Of a stretch of DNA of 64,000 bases, positions 11,442-22,271 are shown piece by piece. Positions within the stretch are counted from its first letter, which is position 1. Each line of letters starts with the position of its first letter. The position numbers and the translations under genes are program-made. The notes under the pieces are model-generated. The model saw only the letters and a list, made by a program, of their open reading frames with translations. It did no database searches and was not told the origin of the DNA. Source of the DNA: Sarea resinae (taxonomy: Eukaryota); NCBI GenBank assembly GCA_026026165.1, contig JAPEUD010000027.1, positions 186,001 to 250,000 of the forward strand, read 5' to 3'.

Positions 11442-11659
11442 ATGATGACCTAAATACTGGGACATTCACGTTCTGGACAGCACCCGTGCCTTGCCTCATT
11501 GCCACCGGTGAGCAAGCCAGATCCTCTTTGTCTTCTCTGTCACCGTGTGGCTTCATGAAGAAACTCTTCAGCTCTGGTAAACCGAACAGCTCAGCCGCGG
11601 TTTACACTCTTGCTTTTTGCATGACGCTGGTCGAGCATGAGGTGAAAGGCAAAGTCTGA
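11442..11659 (+). ncRNA. Candidate large box C/D snoRNA (~220 nt), intron-encoded in a non-coding host transcript
   Basis: C box ATGATGA 11442-11448 and D box CTGA 11656-11659. Flanking complementary stems (gagggc 11411-16 / gccctc 11683-88; gtgcggc 11422-28 / gtcgcac 11670-76) and several internal hairpins. Lies in a putative intron from GTGTGT 11364 through CTGAC 11712 to TAG 11734. Confidence 0.6.
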
Positions 11660-11938
11660 TAGCACCCTCGTCGCACTCAATCGCCCTCTCAGTGTCTCAT
11701 AGCAAAGAAAGCTGACCACATCCTCGTGCCATAGTGTATGTAGTATAGAAATGGGCATCCTGGATTCTTTCAATAACGACTTCATATTCTCATCTACCTG
11801 ACCTGCTACTTTACATTCTACGTGATGTCTTATGCGTAACGACGAGATCCTTCAATCTATCTAACCAGGCATCCCAGGCTCGCAGGAACTATCTAATGCC
11901 TTGCTCCGTTCTATATGTCACCGCCTGCTCCAAGCTCG

Positions 11939-13617
11939 TCACAGAAGACTACTAGCGCTCTCGTTCTCCCTCTTCCACGCTTCGAAATCGAAACCCAATT
12001 CCTCCATCGTCCTGATATCATGTCTCGCCTCGCCCTTCTCCATGAATGCCTTCTTGATCGCCGGGAATCTTTCCCTTGTCCATCTCTCTTTCTCGTCCCA
12101 GAACGGTGGCAGCTTACCCAGGCCATTGTTATCCAAGCCCTTTCTTCGCTCAGCCTGTTCACTCCACTCCCTCAAGTCGTTGATATTGTCTGCATCAAGT
12201 GGGAACATGAGAGTGTGGTACTCTCTTCCGGCGCCTCGCTCATCGACCACTGAATCTTCCCAGGCTCCCATGGTACTCTGAGACGGTAGAGCCAGGCGAC
12301 CAGACCAGACGCGAGCCACAACAGCCGCTTGGGCTTCCGATGTTGGAAAGGGAATGACCTTCTGTGGAAGAGCGACGAATGCGAGAGTGGGATGATAGAT
12401 GTAGAAGATGTGCTTGTATACATGCTGAATGTGCGTCCCGTCTGAGACGGGAGGTGGCTCCAATGCTGGAATGAATGGCAAAGAGTACAGGTAACCGGTA
12501 CAGAAGACGATGGCATCTATGTCTTTCTCGATGTGACCATTCGCAAAACGTACCGATCTTTGATCTAGGATAAATTCAACTATCTCGGGGTATTCTTCCT
12601 TGTTTTGCTGCGGTCCGGGAGATAAATACGACGCTGATCTTTCCGAAGAAATCAAGGGCAGCTTGGAGACAGTGGATATCTGTGAACCAATATCCAAGCC
12701 AGATGCAGAGTTTCCTACGACTATGACTTTCTGCGCGAGTGTCAGAAAAAGTATATCATGAACCAGGGTATGACTGAGGTTTGGTTGAATAGCAAAAATG
12801 TCGTAGAAGTAGGCAGCCATCATGCAGTCATTGAGGAGATGTCATGCTAACCTTGTCTTTAAATGCGTCTGGGGTCCGGAAAGATTTCGAATGAGATACC
12901 ACACCCGGGTATCTCTTGTTCCATTCAGCAAGCCCTTGAATATCGGGAATATAGGGGACAGAATAATGGCCATTGGCGACGACCACTGCGTCATATACTT
13001 CTTCCTTCTCCTCTCCTGCTTGCAGATCGAGAGTCTTTACCAACCAAGTTTCCTGTCCCTCAGGAGCGCGGCTGGGCCTGACATCCAACACCTGAGTTTG
13101 GAATTTGATTAGATGTCGAACGTCTTTGGAGTATTCTTCGAGATATCCCGCGACAGTGTCATGTTTTGGGAATAATTGCGCCTCTTCTGGAAATGCTAGA
13201 TCGGAGAATCGCATGATGGTTTTAGGGATATTCGTCTCGAGGCGTTCATATAGCGGCGTTACGAAAGTTGCTTCTCTCTTATTTCCCTTCCCAACCGCTT
13301 CGTCTTCTGCACTACGCCATCTTGGCTTCTCGACAGGAGTATGAGGATCCGTCTGCGGGACCTTCTCTAGTCCGTCACCATTTTCTGGCGAGTATTTCCA
13401 GATGCCGGTTGGTGTGCTCTGCTGTTCAATGACGTCAATTTTCTCGAACGCCTTTTCTGCCAGCAGATATCTAATGTGCTGTTAGCTTTCAACTGCTCAA
13501 TAATTCTAGTAGGCCGTCGTGTACGTCCTGAGTCACCTACTTTGCGGCAGCTAGACCGGCAGGTCCTGCACCAATTACCGCGACTCTCTTGACATTGAAC
13601 TTCTGAATTGCGACCAT
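11939..13617 (-). CDS. FMO1: Flavin-containing (thiol-specific) monooxygenase, Fmo1-like
   Basis: Exon 1 MVAIQKFNVKRVAVIGAGPAGLAAAK (FAD GxGxxG), then YERLETN, DAVVVANGHY, FMO fingerprint-like YPGVVSHSKSF, NADPH motif VVGNSASGLD and CTGY. Two introns. Confidence 0.85.
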
Positions 13618-14767
13618 GATTCGATGTATGACGCTTAATAGAGGCACTCCGGGTAGAGTCTATAGGTATGCAATATCACGAGAGGAAATCTAAGACTGGC
13701 CGCCCGAGCTTGATATATATACGGAAGATGTCTTCAACTCCCAATATGAGAGTCAAGACTCAGCTGATTTAATGGCGGCCGTCCCCGCCCATCTATCTGC
13801 AAATGACTCTGATAGATCCGTGGCTCGGTATCGCGCAATCGCGCAATCGTCTACTAAGGATTGAGGGTAGGCCTAAAGGTGAAAAGGCTGAACTACTTCA
13901 GGTAAGCCGGCATCCGACAGCGGCCGAACCCTAGAGCCTTTGCCGAATATAGGTATATACAGGTATCTCTCGACGGGTGCGATTTCCCTCCGACATACAT
14001 TTTGACTCCAGATGGCTTTGTCGCAACTAAGGTAGACAGTGGAGGCTGACGAGTGAGGGTCTGAGAAGGCTCACGTTCAGGCTATTTGCAAACCAGGTCG
14101 GACCAGGCATGGGTGCAGCGGGATGATTAAGAGATTGGTATGAAGGAGAGATGACCCATGGGTAAGGTAGTGGGAGCACCCTTCATACGGATCTCATCTC
14201 GTCCCTGCGGCGCATCGATACTTGTTATGAGAAGGCTGAATCAACACCATTGACCATGGCTTCATGGCGGTTTGCTTTCTCCGGCGATGGTAGAATGTGA
14301 TTCGTAGCCCATAGAGCGTCGTCCATAGTACTTTGTTTTCGCCGTTATCTGCTCTCAGGGCTGTCTGTATTGCGTATGCAGCCGAGTCATAATTGGAACG
14401 TATCGATTCGTACTTTGTTCAGCAAGTAGTGATTGGATCTGCATTGCGTTCTGGCCCAGTTGGCGATAGAGTCGTTGCCCCCCGACAAGCGACGATGCGC
14501 CAAGACAGTCGTGCAGCAGCAGGGTATCGATGCGTGAAGGGGAGGACAAGCTGGAAGACAATCAGATATCCACCTGAGTAGACTGTACTGAACTTCACAT
14601 CTGAGGTATGCCAGAACGATTGAAGTTGAAGTGGTCACCGCTGTGGATTCCTTTCCACCCGAAATACTAGAGAAGCCCGTACCCAAAGCCTTCCTTACCC
14701 TTACCCGCCAGCTGCTGCGCATGCCCTCAGCCCTGATGCCCTCAGGTCTTCTCAGCTGGCTCCCCCA

Positions 14768-17700
14768 ATGTCCGGCAACAGTCCCGGAAAAGGCATGTTT
14801 TCGAAGTTGACAGGATTCTTGAGCTCCAGAGCCGGCGTGACGAATGACAGCCAGGTCGGTACGAACTGTGTCCCGATTGATCTCATCGATTGAAGAGCGC
14901 CATCTTCGTGTCGCTCGGCAAATTCCACGTCTAACGATGAGATGTTTCTAGGCAAGCCACGGTGAATATCAGACCGTGGAGGCATCGATAGCGGCTCTTT
15001 CACCGTATGGGAGTCGGCGTGCCCTCACTAGAAGGTGAAGTTTCCTTTCCGACCTTGGATCGACTGCTGTTTGTCATGTTCTGAAGTGGCTCATGGATCT
15101 TACTTCTAGTGAGAGAAAGCTTCAATCTCGTCGACCAGAGCGGGGCATCTTCGAAAAGAGCGCGGACGAAAGGCGATTGTGTGGTGACTATGAGTACGAT
15201 ACCTTCTTGGTAGTTTGTGTGCGCCTCTCGAATGTGTCTGACGGCTTTGATAGAGTGCCATTAGATGCGGTTCCGATATCGACGCCGACTTCTCAATATC
15301 CAGACATGGCGAAGCCAGTAAGTTGGTTTCTCGCACGGTCATGTTGCTTGCCACTTACTCTCTCGCTCTCTTGGAACAGCCCGGCCAAGCATTTCAGCCC
15401 AGAAACACCCTCTCGCAAGCCGGCAGATTTACGACCGGGTCGGAAGGTTTCCAAAAAAATCAGTCGCCCAAGAGAGGCCATACAACTGACCAAAAGCCTG
15501 CTCCAAATCCTGCAAGTCACGCTATCTTACAGCCAAATAAAACGTTCGACCTCCACGCGAGTCAAGATCTGCAGCCAAGGAAGAGGATGAAATGGAGTCA
15601 TTCGCCATCCGAAGACGACTTTCTTGAACTCAAGGGAGACCCTATCGGCGGGTTCGAACATGTTGTTCGACGCGTTCAACCTAGTGATACGCCCTCAATC
15701 AATAGTCAAGGTTCTGCCATGATAAAACCCCTTCAACATGGGATGAGCAACCCCTCTGAGTACCATAAAGTCGAAAATACGGTCTCCGTGCCATCATCAC
15801 GACGAAAGCGTCGGCGATATTACACTATCGGTCAGAATGGAACAACTTCCAGGCTTCGCCCAAATCAGTCTTCATCTTCTCGTCCACATCTTCGTCGCCC
15901 TTCCAATCTAATAGAAATCTCAGAGGATGAAGACTCTCAATCAAGGACAATGAATGGGCAAGATTTTGATTCAGACCCACCTGAAGTGTATGGCGATCAT
16001 TCTAGTCGGAAATTTCACGGCACAGACTCGATCGAGCATGCAGAGCGCCAGAAGCCAAAATCTAGCATGAGCAGTTTCCAACAGCCATCCAAGAACAGTA
16101 AAGACCGCTTCAATACGACCGGCGATGGCCTGCCAGAGGCCCCTCGCGGCTCTCGTTCGAAGCCCGAGAGAAAGCCTCATGTCGAGGTCGATCTTACTGA
16201 GGGTGGGGAACAGAACATATCGAATTTTCCATCCCCTCCTCTGCGACATAAGTTTGTTCGGGACGATGATGAGACGCAAGCTAGTCCTGACGAACTACAT
16301 ACTGGTACGACTTTCGGAGCTCATGGTAGGGAGATATCGCCTACTTTACCCCCTCTTTTAGACCGGCGGAAGGATGAGTCCTTACGGCGCGGCCTGCTAC
16401 GACATGTGACACCTCCAGATCATGACCAAGGTCTATCCAAGAGCGACATTCAGATGACGGAATTTGTGAGCTCCGGCAAAATACCAACACAACGTCATGT
16501 TCCCGCAAAACCTCCTAGCTCCACCAAAGCTGTGAAGAATCCCAAAAAGTCTTCTTATCCGCTGAAGACCTTTAGCCGAGGAGGGAAGACCATTCACGAA
16601 TGCACCCTTAACATACAGATGGATGGAACATTCATTTTTGACAATTTGGACGATGACCTCATCGCAGAGTCCAGACTGCTTGGAGAGCTGCAGGTTCACC
16701 CGGTCCAAATACGGCAGCTTTGCAAAGTGCTTTGGGCGAACGGGGGCTGTAAACTTCGTCTGGAAACATCGAAGATTGGCACAATCGATCACCGCATTGA
16801 TATTGAGACTCGTTCGGAAAAGGTTGCGTCTGACCTGATAATAGATCTGGAAAGCCGAGAGAGTAGTTGCAAAGTGGTCATGAAGACGAAGTACGTACAT
16901 CCTCAAGAGCGAGTTTGTGATTGACCTAATTTTTTCAGGGATGAAATGGACCGAATCTTTTCGAAGACTGCTTCGGAATTGGCTTCTTTCAAAAACCAGA
17001 ACGGCCATACATCGTCAGACGCCCTTGAATTGAAGCTTTTTGAAAATAGGCAGATACGTGTCGGAGCGAAAGTGGGGGAGAAGAAGAAGTCGCAAAAGCC
17101 ATCAGAAGCCAGACCAGCGGAACGTCTCCAGCCTGCGACTGGCGTATCTCGCGAGTCCTCACAAAACCGTACGAGACTGCGCGAAGGATTGCGCAACGAT
17201 CGGGATGAGATTGCTGAGCCTCTCCATAACACTCGCCAACGAACGCGATCTACGGCTGCTATAACCAGTTTACGGCAGTCATCATCTCCCACGCGAGTAG
17301 TCCGCGAAGAAGAGAAGTTTTCAAAGCGAGTGGGCCTAGGCCCGCCCTGGCACAAGTACGCGGGACTCCCTAGAATTCAAATTCTTTTGCTAATTTGTTC
17401 GCCAGACCGCTTGTCTATCCACCAGAAGGCCCTAAGAAGGTCACTGTTGAATATTTTGACCTCTTGCGTTTGGATGAGGGCGAGTTCCTTAATGATAATT
17501 TAATCTCCTTCTACCTTCGGTTCGTCATAGTGATTCATCTCTCAATTGATTACCGCTAATTTTGCTAGCTATTTGGAGTATAAGATAGAACAGACGTGCC
17601 CCGAAAAAGCCAAGAAGATGTACTTCTTCAATACCTATTTTTATGCTAGCCTGACCAAGACTGCGAACGGGAGGCGGGGCTTCAATTATGAAGCCGTACA

Positions 17701-19189
17701 ACGATGGACTTCGAAAGTAGATATCTTCAACTACGAGTTCGTAGTCGTACCGATCAATGAATGGTAAGGCGTCCATCGTCGCGCGCTTGGGCAGAGCTAA
17801 TGATTGATCAAGTTCTCATTGGTACCTCGCAATCATAGCGAATTTACCGAACGTCGAGAGGAATCTGCACAAATCGAGCCCATTCTCGAGCCCAGGCTCC
17901 TCACAGATAATTTCCCTTGATGGTGCAGCCGATGTGATAGATCCAGAGCAGGATCTAGTCCCTGATTCAGTTTCCGACTCTGACGTGGGTCGGAAAACGG
18001 CTAGCGAAGTCAACGGAGCTGAGGGACAAGTCAGTCAATCATCTCTAGACAAGACCCGATCGAGGCTCTCTCCGGGAACAGAGCTCGTCCAAGAGTCTAG
18101 AGGAAATATTGAACAAGAGGCAGCCGAAGAATGGCCCTCTGAAGCCGAAGCGGAACCGCCTGCAAATCAGAAAGGCTCCAATTTTCACGTCGACGCGATT
18201 GGTTCTTCGCCAGAAGTTGAGATCGAACTTGCCGCACAATCAAAAGCGCACGAAGCTCAGGCCAAGACTCCTTCGACTAGCAGAAAGAAGAAGTGCATTA
18301 GAAAGAGTCCTGCACTAAAGAAATATCCTAAGCATGAGTAAGTCGCTCCCAGAGAGGGCCCGAGATGCCTTACTGATGTTCGCGACGCTTCAACAGGCCG
18401 ATCGTGATGATTCTTGACTCTCTTGGACTCCCCCACTCGCAAACAGTAAAGAACCTCAAGCAATACGTAAGTGAGGAAGGCAAAGCGAAACGGCAACTAG
18501 AAGTTTCCATTGCCCACGGCATGACAGCCAAGGAAATACCCCTGCAGGACAACTTTTGCGACTGCGGCCTATATCTCCTAGGTTATGTGGTCAAGTTTCT
18601 CGAGGATCCGCGACAGTTTGCCAACAAGATCCTTAGACGCAAGATGGACGAGAAACGCGACTGGCCTGAGTTCAATGCTAGTAGGATGCGTGAAAGTATT
18701 CGGACTCTTCTGTTTACTCTACACAATGAGCAGAAAATCCACGTATCGCCGAAGAGAAAGAAGTCCAACCGTTTCCTGGAGGGAAGCAAGGTTCCACCAA
18801 CGCGGAAAAACTCAACCACAGTCTCTACCATGTCTGAAGCTTTGCCGGACGAGGCCGCAACGAGTGCGGTTGACGAGCCGCGCGGCGAAAATGGAAAGGA
18901 AATGATCAACCTAGCCAAACCGGCCGTATCTCCACGTGGTCCAACTTCGCCTCCTGGGGACAGTGTAAATGTCGTGCAACCGGTGGAGAGAGATGATATC
19001 GAGAGCTTGAGCTCTGATCCTGATCAGGACATGCTCGAGCAGCCAACATCAGCATCGACTCCCCCCAAACAGCTCGAACGAAGCTCAAGATTATCAGAGC
19101 AAAATCTGAACATGAGTCGGAGAAAGCACAGAATCTCATTTCGAGACAGTTCGGATCCTATTGTGACGTCTGCTGATAATTCAGACTGA
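14768..19189 (+). CDS. ULP2: Ulp1-family (C48) SUMO-specific protease, Ulp2-like; 5' exons uncertain
   Basis: Spliced motifs LRLDEGEFLNDNLISFYL, YFFNTYFY, VQRWTSKVDIF, VPINE-(S)HWYLAII, ILDSLG and PLQDNFCDCGLYLL (His/Asp/Cys triad). Long disordered N-terminus (ORF 15323-16924). The start codon is tentative. Confidence 0.85.
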
Positions 19190-19871
19190 GACTTTTCTCT
19201 CATTCGCTTGTCATAGTTGCCGCTGCAACCGGAGGCTTCGTACGTATTCGATACCAAGAAATTTATCGACCCAGCGGCTCGGTTTCCCTCCCAATTCTAC
19301 GACATGCTATCTTTGTTTCCTTGTGTTTTTCTTTCATACATTTTGGAAGGCGTCATTCGAGCATGGAATTATCAATCAACAATTCACAAACAAAGGAGGG
19401 GGCGTGGGTGCATGCATTGCATAGCCAAAGGCGTTATACACACCGGGGTTGATCGATCGATCGATCGGTGTTTGCGGTTGCGGGAGAAAGCATGCGGGCA
19501 TAGTATAGAAGCGATGGATTTGAATCATACTCTGGATTTCCTCCCTTTCTCTCTTTTCCTTGATCTCAATCAGCGTGTCTATTTCTGACTTTCTTCTCCT
19601 CTGTTTTGCACTGGCGGTCTTCTTCTTCATCTTCTCAGCCGATCGACTGCTGGCTAGGGGGGGGACTGAGTGGCGAATGCCTAGACAATGAAAGGGAAGT
19701 CCAGGGGGTAAAGGGTGGAGGAGAAGCCTCTTTGGTTTTTCTTGTCGTGCAGTGATATCCTATGAAATCGAATATGTGGACGAGATTTGCTCTGCTATGA
19801 TATGCCGTGATATGCTACATGTGCTATGACATGTTATAATAGACCATACGAAGTGCTTAATTGTGCCGGGG

Positions 19872-21741
19872 CTACATATCTCCTCCCCTTTGACCCTTGA
19901 GCTCTTGGGCCGGGGAATCGGCCATGGCCTCCCGCAACATCGGGGCCACCTGTTTCCTGCTCGCCGAGGTGTTGAGCTGTTTATATGTGTATATGTATGC
20001 GCGTGTGCCGTGTGGGCTGGAAGACGTGATTTCTTCTGCTCCATCCCCACCACCACCAGCACCACCGTCTTTGTCGCCGCGATTATCACGGCCCCGGCTC
20101 CCACTGCCACGTTCACGTTCACTTCCACTTCTGTTCTTACCCTTATTTCGATCATTGTTCTGATCGTTATCGTAGTCCACAAGGCCCAGCTCCGCGGCGG
20201 CACTATATTGCGTGACGAATCTCTCGACGGCCGATTGGCCAGGGGGCGTGCGTGCTAGGAGCAGGATCTCGCGCTGGAAGGTTGTTGGCTTTGCTGTTGT
20301 TGCTGATGAGGTGGGCTTATCTTCTCCTCTGCTGGGGTTGGGGGAAGCGGTTTGAGATGTGGTGGTATTAGTGGTGGTGCCGGTGTCATTGCTGTTCTCC
20401 TCTTCTTCAGGACAAGGCACCGATGCGGCGGTCATGATGGCGTAGAGGTCCAGATCGCGCGACGCAGCGAACGAGCCGAGAGGGCCTTTCAGGTACTTTT
20501 CCATCTCCACGGGGGTCTGCCGCCTTTCGTCCGGCTGTCCTTCCTGCTGTTCCGTGCGGGCGGAACCCAACGACGAGGGTTTTTCTTCCTCGACGGCGGC
20601 CTTGTCGCGGAGGAAGTCGAGCGGGCGCACCACGGAGCTGATCCCTAGCTTGGCACCGCTTTCTTTCCAGCCCTTGTAGTCCTTCTCGAGAATTTCGGCT
20701 AGGTGCAGGTTGCTGATGTCGTGTTTGGCGCTGTCGATGGCTTCGAAGAGAGCGGTGCTGTTGAATTCGGGAGGGGCGGAGGAGGTGCGTTGTTGATCGT
20801 CTTCTTGCTGTCGGCGGTGGTGGTGGAGGGTGGGGCTGGAGTGGATTTTGGAGAGCAGGTAGGATACCGCGGCCGAGTCGTGCGGGGTCACTTTCTGAGT
20901 CGCGGTTAGGTTGGTGGTGTCGATGAGGATCGAGGCTAGGGCAAGAGTGGCGAGGTGCGCGTCTATAGCGCTGTTGATGTTGTTGTCCGGAGGTGAAGGA
21001 GAAGAAGAACAGGTGGTGGCGGTGGAGGCGGAGGTGGATGACAAGAGATCCCACTCCGGCCGTAGGAAATTGGTAACGAGACTCGAACAGCTACCCGCGG
21101 GCGTGATGATCGTAGGCTCTACCTCTATCTCTTCCCCCTTTACCTCATTCTTCCGCTCGTCAACATGGTGATCCACAATTCCCACCACCCTGCCACCATA
21201 CACCTGTCCCAACCACCCCGTCATCACGTTATGATCCACCAGCACCCATCGCGTGCGCGCAGGGGGCAGTGCCGCTGCGATGTGCTCCCTAGGCGGCAGA
21301 TCGTCCAGCGTCAGGAGAAGGTCGGCATCGAGGTCGGCGCGGGGCAGCAGGGCCAGGAACTCAGGTCGGAGCGTTATGGAATGATGCGAGGGGACGTTGA
21401 GGAGGGGGATGTAGAGCTTGCTTTCCCTTGTCTCTGAGGACCGCGTGTGGGGTGCAGAAGAGGGAGAGGACGATGAGGAGGCTGATGACGGGGCGTAGGT
21501 GCGGATGTACGCATACAGTAGACTCGAAGTCAGGGAGTCAAGATCTGGAACTCGTCTTAGCTTGGAGTCATCCTTATCTCCACAGGATACAATCGAGTGA
21601 AAGCAGAGCAGAAGAACAGAACAGACCGGCGGATTCATTCCCGATCACGAAAGTAACCTTTTCTTTCCGCTCAATGGCAGCCTTCAATCCAGTCCTAGCC
21701 TGGACCAAAAAGCTACGCAGAGAGGTGCGTGGGAGAGGCAT
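19872..21741 (-). CDS. PPX1: Exopolyphosphatase (DHH/DHHA2, Ppx1/Prune family)
   Basis: Exon 1 ends VIGNESA, then an intron, then DLDS. Motifs LVDHN, IVDHH, GSCSSLV, ILIDT, KDYK and C-terminal SRKQVAP. Confidence 0.9.
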
Positions 21742-22271
21742 AACCTGCTCGGGACGTCCGGGTGGACAACGTTGCTTGAAGATTCGAGAAAGGGAGTTTA
21801 TAGAATGATATGGAGGGGGATGGGGGGTGACATCAGCGGGGACACATCAACAAAAGGCGCTTGCCTCACCGCCTTCTTTTTCTGCCGATCGCCGTGACGA
21901 CAAATCAACAACAGCAAGGGGCACGTATGGCGAAAGACGGTTATATATCCACGACCGAGATATCTACTATGTTTGCTTCATTGTACATCTTGCTCCGGGA
22001 CACGTATTGACAGTGAGCTTCAGATTACTTCTATTACATCCAGTAGCCTTTGAATGCGAATGCGAATGTGAATGCGAAAGATGGTACGACCAACCGAAAG
22101 CCTTCCCGTTATGAAAGCGCACCATGCACATAACACCATCCCAAACTAAATGAAATCAAGCTCCACCATACGACAAAGAGCGCCAAAACGTTCGCTTTTC
22201 CGGAAATAAAGACTGATGGTATATCCGATCCAAGCTCATTCTCCAGCAGATACGGCAACCTTGAAAGCAAC

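Noticed and set aside
11591..11606. Minus-strand ACCGCGGCTG complementary to 18S CAGCCGCGGU next to CTGA
   Set aside because: The match overlaps the would-be D box, leaving only ~7 nt of guide; C/D boxes, stems and splice signals all favour the + strand.
11939..13617. FMO as the anchor of a secondary-metabolite cluster
   Set aside because: It looks like the housekeeping Fmo1 type; no PKS, NRPS, DUF3328, transporter or cluster transcription factor nearby.
14085..14210. SRP RNA (ccaggtcgga resembles helix 8)
   Set aside because: No GNRA-capped helix 8 with the symmetric loop, and no fungal Alu-domain motif or Pol III terminator seen.
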